Assembly (NCBI GenBank): GCA_951406725.2
Contig: OX597814.1
Span: 219,046,001-219,110,000 of the forward strand
Length of the DNA: 64,000 bases
Source: Octopus vulgaris
Taxonomy: Eukaryota
Direction: 5' to 3'
Shown: positions 28,601-39,306 of the stretch, piece by piece
Layout of the letters: each line of letters begins with the position of its first letter
Position numbering within the stretch: the first letter of the stretch is position 1
Notes under the pieces: model-generated
The model's database searches: none
What the model was told of the DNA's origin: nothing
What the model saw: only the letters and a program-made list of their open reading frames with translations
Program-made: the position numbers and the translations under genes

Positions 28601-30658
28601 AAAAAACATTTCCACTTCATCTTTATATATAAGAGTGAAGTTGTGTGTCTGTCTCCTACGATTTAGATTCCTAACTACTCCCACATTTTGCGGTGCAGTT
28701 TAACCAAAAGTGGGTATCTTACAGTCGTGATTCATATCGGGCCCTTCTGGGTATTAGCGCCGTCTACGATTTTAAAAATAATTTACCATAATTTTTTTCC
28801 ATTTTAATGCATTTTTTTCGCTATTATATAAGGGAAGTAACTCTCTAAAAATGTCTACGATGAGTCAACGATTTAAAAAAAATTTACCATAATTTTTTTT
28901 CCTGCTATTTTTTGGCTATAACTCTCTAAAAATGTTTATATAGTTATTTCCCTTACAAACCCGAGCAACGCCGGGCGATACTGCTAGTAATACATAAGAT
29001 GTAGTTCAAAATATAGGTAAAAGTCAACTGATTTTTATGAAGTGTCATTTCAAAATGAAAAAAATGCGCACCTTTGTTTTATGAGTTATATTGGTTTAAA
29101 AGTTTGACACAAGGTCAGCAATTTCGGGGCAGGGAGTAAAGTCGATTGCATCGATCCCCATGATCCACTGGTACTTATTTCATCGACCCCGAAAGGATGA
29201 AAGACAAAGTCAATTTCGGCAGAATTTGAACTCAGAACGAAAAGACGGACGAAATGCCGCAAGGTATTTTGTCCGGCGTGTTAACGACTTTGCCAGCTTG
29301 CCGCCTTTTTTATGAGTTAATATTAATTGACGCTTCATATAAGAGTATAAATCAGACACAGGTATTAGATTTTAAGCGTATGCATCTGAAGAAATACAAC
29401 TGTTTTAAAAATATACATAACTAGCAGTATCGCCCGGCGTTGCTCGGGTTTGTAAGGGAAATAACTATATAAGCATTTTTAGAGAGTTATAGCCAAAAAA
29501 TGCATTAAAAATGGAAAAAAAAATGGTAAATTTTTTTTAAAATCGTTGACTCATCGTAGACATTTTTAGAGAGTTACTTCCCTTATATAATAGCGAAAAA
29601 ATGCATTAAAATGGAAAAAATGATGGTAAATTTTTTTTTAATCGTAGACTCATCGTAGACGCGCGCTAATACCCAGAAGGGCTCAATATGAATCACGACT
29701 ATAAGATACCCGGTTTTGGTTAAACTGCACCGCAAAATGTGGGAGTAGTTAGGAATCTAAATCGTAGGAGACAGACACACAACTTCTCTTTTATATACAT
29801 ATCACCCATAGGTTATCCCCCACCCCATACATGTGTTATAAGGTAAATTTGATTCAAAGATCAAAGTTGATTAATATTCAAACAGAACTCAACGTGAGGG
29901 CAGTTATTGTAGAATCACTAATTCTTTCAGCAGAGTTTCGCAGTTGTACAAGAAAGTGGTACAATTTGTGTTGGCATTTCATCAATGAGGCTATCATCTT
30001 ACCACGCGTGGCAGTAAGACTGACGAAATGTTGATATAAATACATTAACCCGTATCTTGCATAATATATCTTTAGATAGTCACATCGTGATGTGGCCTTC
30101 TTCTCACAACTCGGTTACTGAGCTCAGGAGGCTCTCAAAACTCTCAAATCTTTCCAACATCTTTAGCATACGTCCGCAAATTTACATTACATTACTGCAT
30201 GTACTCTATATGCACTTTCTGACAAGTTGTGGTGCACCTGAGCACTGTATACAATAATTTCATTATTATATTATTAAATACTACTTTTCACTATCAACTC
30301 CAGAAACTTTATTGTTTAGCAGGTTAATTTCTTTTATATCGCACACTACCGCCAAAACAATATAGTGGACAATTTGTACCAGTTTTACTTTAAAATGACT
30401 CGGATGGTCACAGATGATTGATCACAAGACAATCAACATAAGAATGACTTGGCTTAGAGGTTAGACACAAGGAACCACAGATGGGAACAACGAAAGCAAG
30501 CATTTCTAGTCGGGAGTTTGTCACCTCATCCGAAGTTAGGATGGGTGGATGGGTCCTGGGTCGTCTCCTCTTTCGGTCGTAAACTCAAAAGTATATTATT
30601 ACAAGGAACCGGGGAAACAGACAACGATGACTCTTAAAACCATGCAATCTACAGCAGA

Positions 30659-30698
<40 letters not shown>

Positions 30699-30815
30699 TG
30701 GAGAAGAGAAATAGAGAAATAACGCGTGCGTTCGGTCATATAGTAATATAATAATAAGGCGATAAATAAATAAAATATATGCATATATACATACATATAT
30801 GTACATACTTACATC

Positions 30816-30861
<46 letters not shown>

Positions 30862-31626
30862 TAAAGGACACCACACAAAAACGTAGAACACAACGAGAGA
30901 CGAGAACATAAAATCAAACAAGGAAACGGACTTTTACCCACAAGGGGCTAAACATAGAGGGGACAAACAAGGACCCTAGTGCGAAACTGGTACTTTATTT
31001 ATCGACTCCGAAAGGATGAAAGGCAAAGTCGACCTCGGCGGAATATATATATATATATATATATGCGATACAAGTACCATATATATATATAGAGAGAGAG
31101 AGAGCGAGAGATAAAAGCTTTCATTGTTATCGCGGTTAATTACATAAACGCATGCTATTTTGTGTATTGTTGTATATTCACTGGAACAATCTAAAGCTTC
31201 TATTAATAAAACGTGTGTAAGAAATACCTATCAAACTATAGAGAACGATGGAAACAACACAAAGTATTAGTAAAGAACTAAACACGAGGTAAATATTCTG
31301 GAAGCGAAAAACTGGAATCGACAAAAAGTTACCAAATTATTAAGTTTATGAAGGAAAGAAAAGTTGTTAATATGGATACTTATATGTAATAAAGCGTTTT
31401 TTCTTTTTTTTTTCTCTCTCCCAATATGTGTGAAAGCAACAACAAATAACAAAAAAATAACTTGAGATAAACAATTTAGTAATTAGTAATTATTTACTAA
31501 TTATTACCTTTCTGCAACATAGAGTTTCCCTAATCCAAGAGATTTCTTCTGCACGAATACTTCCACGTCAGGCTGTTCGCAATGAATACCTTCAGTCGGT
31601 GGAGGGAAATTGGTGAGTTTTACCAT
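14461..31626 (-). CDS. CLNS1A: Methylosome subunit pICln (chloride nucleotide-sensitive channel 1A) orthologue, 6 coding exons, 215 aa
   Basis: Manually spliced exons 31626-31508, 22443-22304, 21631-21542, 20968-20867, 16514-16380 and 14522-14461 (119+140+90+102+135+62=648 nt). All introns GT-AG, phases 2,1,1,1,1. Translation MVKLTNFPPPTEGIHCEQPDVEVFVQKKSLGLGKLYVAESRLSWVGYEDNKGFSIEYPAISVHGVSKDQSSFPRPCIYMIINCLLDDDDTNNENQSEDDDDDDLTEIHLVPQDSGTLNLIFQTLSTCSALHPDENQLIDSEFEDVDEEDETDEIVDYEESANSLSNLSIRGQETLQHLENIFVDSSHSTNGVLTSEENQNEEQPMESGQFDDADI* matches human pICln motifs (FPPP, GTLYIAESRLSW, GFSLEYPTISLH, CQALHPD, GQATLERLE, GQFEDAD). Confidence 0.96.
14915..16128 (-). mobile_element. RTE/BovB-like LINE RT fragment in pICln intron 5
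   Basis: LPESQCGF, QEKCYEQN, FIDLTKAFDTV, GVKQ, LLYANDC. Confidence 0.9.
16380..16514 (-). CDS. CLNS1A: pICln coding exon 5
   Basis: Acceptor ttttgtttag; LSNLSIRGQETLQHLE resembles human LSHLTAEGQATLERLE; donor G/gtattt. Confidence 0.92.
16613..16920. mobile_element. piggyBac-like MITE
   Basis: TTAA|CCCCTTACCCA...TGGTTAAGGGC|TTTAA, imperfect TIRs. Confidence 0.5.
17107..17472 (-). mobile_element. SINE A (degenerate)
   Basis: Colinear with 2297-2693. Confidence 0.8.
17849..18031 (-). mobile_element. SINE D
   Basis: Family core and tail. Confidence 0.8.
18046..18231. repeat. 186-bp near-perfect palindrome flanked by (TA)n
   Basis: Arms ccaattaaggactg...ctcaaat and atttgag...cagtccttaattgg; 2-nt spacer (CA) at 18138-18139. 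Confidence 0.92.
18365..19020 (-). mobile_element. Second non-autonomous Helitron-like family
   Basis: A|CTAG end with CCCGGTTTCACCCGG hairpin; internal tandem duplication (tattattatag...ggagctatgaaaaaaa twice). Confidence 0.6.
19026..19478 (+). mobile_element. SINE D, long copy with ~60-70-bp internal tandem units
   Basis: Repeated ggcac(a/g)taaaaagcacc units, family core, (GAT)n tail. Confidence 0.8.
19520..20035 (+). mobile_element. Decayed RTE-like LINE fragment
   Basis: GLRVNLAKTRVL...WPC...KGVGRNSIRCTWCKLWTH; LEVVDSFCYLG. Confidence 0.7.
20456..20777 (+). mobile_element. Degenerate tRNA-SINE with family C 3' half
   Basis: A/B boxes; gagaactatgttaagggtacac...gatcaactggaaccctcgtc. Confidence 0.65.
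20867..20968 (-). CDS. CLNS1A: pICln coding exon 4
   Basis: Acceptor ctctttgcag; IFQTLSTCSALHPDE...; donor gtaaga; lies inside track ORF 20778..21002. Confidence 0.95.
21542..21631 (-). CDS. CLNS1A: pICln coding exon 3 (first acidic stretch)
   Basis: Acceptor ttttcag; DDDTNNENQSEDDDDDDLTEIHLVPQD; donor gtaagt. Confidence 0.93.
21922..22215 (-). mobile_element. CR1/L2-like LINE 3' end (second copy at 24405-24552)
   Basis: SLGFRGPQLFNILPKNLRD...FKMKLDLFLSGIPDEP. Confidence 0.8.
22304..22443 (-). CDS. CLNS1A: pICln coding exon 2
   Basis: Acceptor ttttttag; SRLSWVGYEDNKGFSIEYPAISVHG...; donor gtaagt. Confidence 0.95.
22942..23408. mobile_element. hAT (Buster) MITE containing a SINE B (~23100-23312)
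   Basis: CAGTGGTTCTCAAC...GTTGAAAAACACTG; 8-bp TSD gtttagag/ctttagag. Confidence 0.85.
23635..24372 (-). mobile_element. Two tandem SINE A copies (~23635-23995 and ~24024-24372)
   Basis: Family A head, core and tail present twice. Confidence 0.85.
24770..25270 (+). mobile_element. CR1/L2-clade LINE 3' fragment, same subfamily as 12251-12975
   Basis: LEFASSVWNPYL...LMLSEI, nearly identical peptide; (TTA)n tail. Confidence 0.92.
26433..26732 (+). mobile_element. SINE D
   Basis: Family core and tail. Confidence 0.8.
27069..27455 (-). mobile_element. SINE D inside a degenerate hAT MITE (~26950-27680)
   Basis: Family core with tandem units; flanking CAGTGATTCTCAACC and GTTGAGAAC. Confidence 0.75.
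27962..28344 (+). mobile_element. tRNA-derived SINE, family C
   Basis: ggaggcgcaatggcccagtggtt A box, gtttcgattccc B box; TSD atc(c/t)tgtagct. Confidence 0.88.
28620..28987 (+). mobile_element. Non-autonomous Helitron
   Basis: A|TC...CCCGAGCAACGCCGGG...CTAG|T, no TSD. Confidence 0.88.
29105..29306 (-). mobile_element. SINE B
   Basis: Family B core. Confidence 0.8.
29421..29800 (-). mobile_element. Non-autonomous Helitron, inverted relative to 28620-28987
   Basis: A|CTAGCAGTATCGCCCGGCGTTGCTCGGG... Confidence 0.88.
31508..31626 (-). CDS. CLNS1A: pICln coding exon 1
   Basis: ATG at 31626-31624; MVKLTNFPPPTEG...LGKLYVAE; donor AG/gtaata. Confidence 0.93.
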
Positions 31627-31830
31627 AACTTATGGTTTTCTCATTTAACGTTCGCTTTTAATTAACTTAATTAATTTTTTTCCGAGTGTCCTCATCAAAA
31701 CCGAAACCAATTAAGACTCAGCTGGAACAACCAACGCCATCAAGCGACTAAACTTAGTATTAGTTCGAACGGACTTTGGGGTTATCTCCCTTGAGCTGTC
31801 TCCGCCAATTCTCGACTTTTGCTATAACCT
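31627..31830 (-). promoter_or_regulatory. Probable 5'UTR/core promoter of pICln
   Basis: Short unique, CpG-containing stretch between the ATG and the first upstream repeat; contains AAGGGAGATAAC (31781-31792, minus strand). Confidence 0.5.
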
Positions 31831-32040
31831 GTTGCTTGCTTCAGTTATTGGACTGCGGCCGCACTGGAGCACCGCCTTGCCGAATTTAGTCATGTGGTTC
31901 TCAACCAGTTTTTACTTATGAACCCTTTTGATTTCTATTTTACTTGCATAGACATTCATAACTATACGATGTTTAAAAATCGCATATTTTTGGTGATTAA
32001 ATATTAATAGAAAGTGTATTAAAAAATTGTCAAAATATTT

Positions 32041-33602
32041 CGTAAATTTAGATCCTTTCACCTGCACGATTTTCACTAAGAAAAAAAAAAACTTGGATTT
32101 TTTGCATGGAATCAAGTCCCCTGACCTAATATGCTACAGACCTTATTTTTGTTTGGAAAAAAAAAAAAAAAAAAAAGCGAGGGAACCGAACCAACTCCCA
32201 AATCCCGGAATCATTGGAAATTTTTTCTTTTTGTTTTCGTTGAATGAATTCCGGTGACCCCCTAATATGCTACAAAAACCTTTTGAGGGGTTCGGAAAAC
32301 GGGGTGGGGTGAGGTGGAAGCCTCGGAAATTCCATCCTCATCCCCGTTGATCTTTTTACCTGCACGACTTTCACTAAGGAAAAAAAAATTGGATTTTTTG
32401 CATGGAATCAAGTCCCCTGGCCCCTTAATATGCTGTGAATCCTTTTTGTTCGCAAAAAAGGGATGGTGAGAAACTGCCCTGTATCTCGGAATCATTGGAC
32501 CCTTTTTTTTTCTTTTTTGGTTGAATGAATTCCGATGACCTCCTAATATGCTACAAAAGCCTTTTTTGGGGTCCGGAAAACGGGGTGGGGCGGAACTCTC
32601 GGAAATTTTACCCCCACCCCCATTTTCAAATATTTTTTCCTATTTCTTTCTTTACCCATAATTTTAGATAGCATTTTGCAGAAATACGTTTTCGAGAGAG
32701 TGTGGCTTACATTAGATTGAAAATTCAAAGAAGTTTAAAAGGAATAAGTGAAAATGCAGAGGTTGGTGGTAACGAAGTGTGTGGAGAGATAGCGAACGAT
32801 AAATTCATCTGAAAAAACACGTTAGAGTTTTCGCATGTATGTGTGAAACGAAGTAAAAGTATAATATTCAAACAAATACATCTTTTTCCTATATCTTAAA
32901 ATTGCTGGATATAATATATATAACAATTCCAGGTTGCAGATTAGATTTGAAAAACTAAAGCATGTTCCCTTTGCAACTTTTGGCGCCGAAATGAGTTTCA
33001 TTTTTGTGTGGAGAGAGAGAGAGAGAATGTGAGAAAGAGAGAGCGAGTGAGAGAAAGAGAAAGAAAAAGAGTGAGTGAGTGAGTGGGTGACGAAGTTTAC
33101 CTGAACTTTCAATGGTGTAACAATATATCATAATTATATATACCATTATACGTCATCATCATCATCGTTTAACGTCTGCTTTCCATGTTGGCATGGGTTA
33201 GACGGTTTGACTGAGGACTGGCAATCCAGGAGGCTGCAATAAGGCTCCAGTCTGTTCTGGCAAACTTTCTACAGCTGGATGTCCTTCCTAACGCCAACCA
33301 CTACGAAAGTGTAGCGGGTGCTTTTCAAGTGCCACTGGCACGGGGGCCTGTCAGATCGCACTGGCATCGATCACGCTCGAATGGTGCTTTTTACGTGCCG
33401 CCGGCACTGTCATCAGCCGCGCCAGTGTAGAAAGCTTACCAGAACAGACTGGAGCCTTATTGCAGCCATCAGGTTTGCCAGTCCTCAGTCAAACCGTCCA
33501 ACTCATGCCAACTTGGAAAGCAGACGTTAAACGATGACGATGATGTATAATAATATATATAATTATGATATGACACCATTCAAAGTTTAGGTAAATCCTC
33601 GT

Positions 33603-33665
<63 letters not shown>

Positions 33666-34655
33666 CATAAAAATGAAACTCATTTCGGCGCCAAAAGTTG
33701 CAAAGGGAACATGCTTTAGTTTTTCAAATCTATTCTGCAGCCTAGGATTGTTATATATATTACTAGCAGTATCGCCCGGCGTTGCTCGGGTTTGTAAGGG
33801 GAGAAGCAAATAACTATATAACCATTTTTAGAGAGTTACTTCCGCCATATATAATAGCAAAAAAATGCATTAAAATGGAAAAAAATGATGGTAAATTATT
33901 TTTTTAATCGTAGACTCATCGTAGACTCACGCTAATACCCAGAAGGGCTCGATATGAATCACGGCGATAAGATACCCGCTTTTGGTTAAACTGCACCGCA
34001 AAATGTGGGAGTTGTTAGGAATCTAAATCGTAGGAGACAGACAGCACACAACTTCACTTTTATATATAAAGATATCCAGTAATTTTAAGATATAGGAAAA
34101 AGATGTATTTGTTTTAATATTATACTTTTACTTCGTTTCATAGATACATGCGAAAACTCTAACGTGTTTTTTTAGATGAATTTACCGTTCGCTCTCTCTC
34201 CACACACTTCGTTACCACCAACCTCTGCATTTTCACTTATTTATTTCAAACTTCTTCGAATTTTCAATCTAATGTAATCCACACTCTCTCGAAAACGTAT
34301 TTCTGCAAAATATTATCTAAAATTATGGGTAAAGAAAGAAATAGCAAAAAATTTTGAAAATGAGGGTGGGGGTGAAATTTCCGAGGGTTCCGCTCAACCC
34401 CGTTTTCCGGACCCCACAAAAGGCTTTTGTAGCATATTAGGAGGTCACTGGAATTCATTCAACGGAAAAAAAAGTTTCCAATGATTCCAGGATATGAGGT
34501 GGGGTGGGTGGGTCCGGTTTCCCACCCCACCTTTTTATCGAACAAAAATAAGGGGTTGCAGTAGATTAGGAGATCAGCGTACTTGATTCCACGCAAAAAA
34601 ATCCATGTTCTTTTTTTTAGTGAAAATCGTGTGGGTGAAAGGATCAAATAATACC
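32041..34655. mobile_element. Long fold-back DNA element (Merlin- or MULE-like)
   Basis: Perfect 8-bp TSD aaatattt (32033-32040 and 34656-34663); termini (c/g)gta...tacc; inverted arms ~32041-33277 and ~33422-34655. Confidence 0.8.
33763..34072 (-). mobile_element. Non-autonomous Helitron in the right arm only
   Basis: The left arm shows the empty site ttatatatatta|tatccag; inserted between A and T with no TSD. Confidence 0.9.
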
Positions 34656-34667
34656 AAATATTTTGTC

Positions 34668-35089
34668 GGATCTTTTCGGTTTGAACGGCAGTTTTTATCA
34701 TAATTTCTAGGTAACTAAAAAATGTTAAACTTCGTATACTGATCGAATATGTTTATAAAACATCTTTTTCTCTTGGCTTTATTGAGAAAATTCTATAGTT
34801 TGTAAGATATTTGTTGTTTTTTTCTTCAATTTCTGCAATTTCAACCAATCACTGACGTCTATTTAGGTAAAAAAAACATTTTGTCCGGTGGGATATGTCC
34901 CTCGTTTAAGAAACAGACTGGGTTTATTTACATTTGTGAAGAAAAAAAGATACCCTTCCCCTAACCCTAACCCTAACCCTAACCCTAAAACAGATTGAAA
35001 TGCAATAGATCGATACTAAGGTCATAATTATGGGTGACAATTTCATATGACACCGCTAGAAAAAAGTGCCGTTCAACCCGTAAAGATCC
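34668..35089. mobile_element. GGATCTTT-terminated MITE with internal (CCCTAA)n
   Basis: TIRs ggatcttttcggtttgaacggca/tgccgttcaacccgtaaagatcc; 8-bp TSD attttgtc/attttgtg; telomeric repeats at ~34959-34988. Confidence 0.8.
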
Positions 35090-35807
35090 ATTTTGTGTAT
35101 TGTAGAATTTTAACCAATTTATTGCTCGTAAATTTTGACAACAAAATCTTATATAGACCCTCTCCAAGGGTTATATGGACCCATCCCCTGTCAAAGGTCG
35201 TATGGACCCCGGTTGAGAACCGCTGGTTTAGTCGAACAAATCGATCCTCGTACTTATTTTCTTTTAAGGTCCGGTGCTTATTCTGTTAGTCTCATTTTTT
35301 TATGGTTACGTAAACAAACCAGCACCGGTTGTCAAGTAGCAGTGGGCAAACATACACGCACACGGCAGGTTTCTTTCAGTTTCTGTTGGCCAAATTCAGT
35401 CACAAGGCGTTAGTCAGCCTGAGGCTATTGTGGGAGATACTCGCCGCACAACGGAACTGAACCCAAAACCACATGGTTGAAAAACAAACTCCTTAACCGC
35501 ACAGACACGCGTGGTGAGAGTGAATCAATGACTCGATGAATGAAGAACGATTCTACTTTACTTTGAGAGAAGGACGTATCTGAAGCTAACTGGCGAATAT
35601 TGTCATTTCAATCTTCCCCAGTATATAATCGATTGTTACGATCATAATTCAGATTGTAGAGGCAGACGTCTGAATGCTGTTAGGTTGTCAGTTTTTACTT
35701 GCTTACGACCTGAAATATGAAACTTTCGATTTACAGACGTCAAAGGATAAAAGTGGGTCTCTTCCTGCAGTTTAGCTGCAAAGGCAAGGATATTACCAAA
35801 CTTGTAA

Positions 35808-36190
35808 GGAAGCACTCCGTCGGTTACGACGACGAGGGTTCCGGTTGATCCGATCAACGGAACAGCCTGCTCGTGAAATTAACGTGTAAGTGGCTGAGCA
35901 CTCCACAGGCACGTGTACCCTTAACGTAGTTCTCGGGGATATTCAGCGTGACACAGAGAGTGACAAGGCCGGCCCTTTGAAATACAGGTACAACAGAAAC
36001 AGGAAGTAAGAGTGAGAGAAAGTTGTGGTGAAAGAGTACTGCAGGGATCACCACCATCCCCTGCCGGAGCCTCGTGGAGCTTTTAGGTGTTTTCGCTCAA
36101 TAAACAATCACAACGCCCGGTCTGGGAATCGAAACCGCGATCCTATGACCGTGAGTCCGCTGCCCTAACCACTGGGCCATTGCGCCTCCA
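35808..36190 (-). mobile_element. SINE C
   Basis: Full length; TSD taccaaacttgta. Confidence 0.9.
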
Positions 36191-36844
36191 CTAGTGTTGT
36201 ACCAAACTTGTACGACACTACATACAAACAATGTAGAACCAATTATACAGCGCTGCCTATGGTCCTATTTACAGTTAGCTGAAATGAGCCAGTAACAGTT
36301 TAGTAACTTGCCCATGACAACAGTGCTAGCGACGGAATGTGAATATTCAACTTCGGCTTGAAGTACGGTAACTTTTGTACTCTGTGTAACGGTTAGTTCT
36401 TCGTTGTAGTCGAGCGTCACCAGTTGTAGCGGGAATGATTAAGGTGTTGTTTCCCAGTGTAACGGATTGTAAGCTGAAAGAAGAACAATAATCGAAGTTG
36501 TAAAGAAATATTTACTTACCGTTACTTTTGTATATATCTAAAACCACGACGGGTTGGTATGTATAACTAGTAAATGGAAAAGCATGCGAGGTAAAAAGAG
36601 TTAATTTCGGCCGGTATGTATGTACACGATCTCATATATATATATGATAATATTTATTTCTTTATTGCCCACAGAGGGGACAAACAAGGACAGACAAAGG
36701 GCTTAAGTCGGTTACATCGACCCCAGTGCGTAACTAGTACTTAATTTATAGACCCCGAAAGGATGAAAGGCAAAGTCGACCTCGGCGGAATTTGAACTCA
36801 GAACGTAACGGCAGCCAAAATACCTTTTTCTTTACTATCCACAA

Positions 36845-37460
36845 GGGGGCTCTTCTACCATAACATAGATCACGTGGGTCTCCCCCCGCAGCCTCCAACC
36901 TCCACAGTAGTGGCTCAAGAGCCAATACATACAGAAGCGGGGACAAGGGGGAGCTCTGGCGAACTGAACGCTCGATCGCGAACGGCTTCGAGAAGAAACC
37001 GTTCACCCGGACGACTGAGTCGATGTCGCTATACATAGCATTGATCCATCCACGGAAAGTTGGGCCCAGTCTGACCACCCGGAGGACCGCCACCAGATAC
37101 CGATAGTCAACCCCATCGAATGCCTTAGACTAGTCTAAATTCACCAGTGCCGCAGCTTTGCTAGAAATTTTACCCACCCGCTCTATAGAGTAGCATATGA
37201 GGTGAAGGTTGTCGTGTATTGTCCTACCTGGGATGGTGCATGTCTGCGCCTCTCCCACCAGGTCGCCCACGACAAGCCTCACTCTCTTGGCTAACACCTT
37301 GGCCAAAATCTTTAACTCTGTGTTTAGCAGAGTTATGGGCCTGAAATTATTAATGTTATCCCCCTTGCTCGGGTCTCTCCTTATCAGTGTTATTACTCTC
37401 CTGCGGACAGATATGGGAATTCTCCCGTTCTGCTACCAATTCACGTATGCACCAGCCAGT
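36845..37460 (-). mobile_element. L1/Tx1-clade LINE RT fragment, preceded by a SINE B at ~36655-36830
   Basis: RPITLLNTELKILAKVLAKR; VRVNGFFSKPFAIERSVRQSSPLSPLLYVLALEPLL. Confidence 0.88.
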
Positions 37461-38164
37461 ATGTTTTCCAACAAGTTTAGCATACTCAGGGGTTTCGCTG
37501 ATTTTGGCTTACGCAGTTCTTGTTTTTATAACTATCCAAAACCAGCCAGAAGTATAGACATATTGTTGAGAACAATAGATTTCGTTGGCGGTCTGTTATC
37601 CCTATTCTAGCTTTTGGTAACCTAGAAGAGGTTAGGAGGGTCAAGTGGCAAAGACATTATACTGCTAAGCGAAGGCATCTGTCACTGCTGTCACTCACAG
37701 AAAAACTATTGTTTTACCGTGAGAAAAGTGCTGTTGAACTGCTAAGTGAAATTTGGCGATCGAGGATCGAATCCATGCTATACTTGCATGAACCACTACA
37801 TCTGTCATTTACAATAGAGATACTCATTCACCGGCAAGTGAATCATTAGGTACAGTTCGCATAGAAAGAATAAATTTTAAAAGTTTATGAATGTATTGTG
37901 CACTTTATTGAGTGTTGTTATGCGCGTGACATCCCGTTCCGTGGTGAAATTGTTTTGCATAAAACAGGCTCAAGGTGCAAAGAGGGTTGGGTTGGGGCTA
38001 GCGTTGGCCTTATGCCAACATAGAAATCATTATTTTCTCGGAGAGAAAAAAAAAACAGTTACAGGAACTAGTTTATTTTGACTACATACTAAAACTTTAC
38101 ATTAAAAGCGATGGATATTGTAAAAATTATGATGTCTTTCTCAGGGTCATACGTCTTCCTCAGT

Positions 38165-38545
38165 GGAGGCGTAATGGCCCAGTTGTTAGGGCAGCGGACT
38201 CGCAGTCGTAGGATCGCGGTTTCGATTCCCAGACCAGGCGTTGTGAGTGTTTATTGAGCGAAAACACCTAAAAAAGCTCCACGAGGCTCCGGCAGGGATG
38301 GTGGTGATCCCTGCTGTACTCTTTCACCACAGCTTTCTCTCACTCTTACTTTCTGTTTCTGTTGTACCTGTATTTCAAAGGGCCGGCCTTGTCACTCTCT
38401 GTGTCACACTGAATATCCCCGAGAACTACGTTAAGGGTGCACGTGTCTGTGGAGTGCTCAGCCACTTACACGTTAATTTCACGAGCAGGCTGTTCCGTTG
38501 ATTCGGATCAACCGGAACCCTCATCGTCGTAACCGACGGAGTGAG
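38165..38545 (+). mobile_element. SINE C
   Basis: Full length; TSD tacgtcttcctca. Confidence 0.9.
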
Positions 38546-39025
38546 AAGTACGTCTTCCTCAAGAATAGTGCCTCAATAAATGACACTACTTTAACGGGGA
38601 AATGAAACCTCGTAAGTGACATCCCTTTTTCGACTGCTGGCCCCTTTCACTACGCAGAATATTTTTTCATGGAACTATAATCTTGCCATAATCCTAACTG
38701 GTAGTTTTTTCAAACACTTAAGAACTTGTTAGTAACCATAGCAATAAACCCCTTTCTCGACTTCCAGTTTGGCGACAAATTTAATAAACTGAGTAGTAAA
38801 CATATGCATCATCATCCTCTTAATATCGTGTTTTCTTTTGTCGTTTCTTCATATCTACCACTTTTTTAAAAAAGAAATTCTACGGCTACATTCTATTTAG
38901 CAGAGACTCGGGAACTTCAAACCTAGGGCTTCTTAATCAGCGGCACGGCTCATTGGGTTTTGTGTTAGAGCAGTGATGAGAATATTTAGTTCTTGTTTAA
39001 CGCTTGGTCAGTATTGATCAAGCAG

Positions 39026-39306
39026 CAGGCTCGTCGCTAGAAATTGGTTCCTGGGAGCGCTTCAGGATATTTTGAGTGGGCACTAAGTTTTGTAAACTGT
39101 ATTTTCTTGATTTGAGGGTGCACCAATGAACAATTAGGGGTAAGTGCCATTCAGTGCACTCTTTAGCGACAGGCATGTTAGTCAAACTTCAAGAAATGTA
39201 TTGCAAGGAGATTTTTGTAAGCTGTATTTTCTACATCTGAGGGTGCACATTGAATAGTGAAGATGCAGTGCCGTCCAGTGACCCTACCCCCTTAGCGACG
39301 GGCATG
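39026..39306. mobile_element. hAT-like MITE with a tandemly duplicated right end
   Basis: CAGGCTCGTCGCTA...TAGCGAC(A/G)GGCATG (twice); 8-bp TSD tcaagcag/tcgagcag. Confidence 0.7.

Larger units (their letters stand above)
31891..35225. mobile_element. hAT (Buster) MITE splitting a SINE A and hosting further insertions
   Basis: gtggttctcaacc...ggttgagaaccgctg; flanks atttagtc/gtttagtc; body matches 22942-23408 in reverse. Confidence 0.8.

Noticed and set aside
36340-36490. Possible terminal exon on the minus strand after a ttctttcag acceptor
   Set aside because: No recognisable peptide and no partner exons found.
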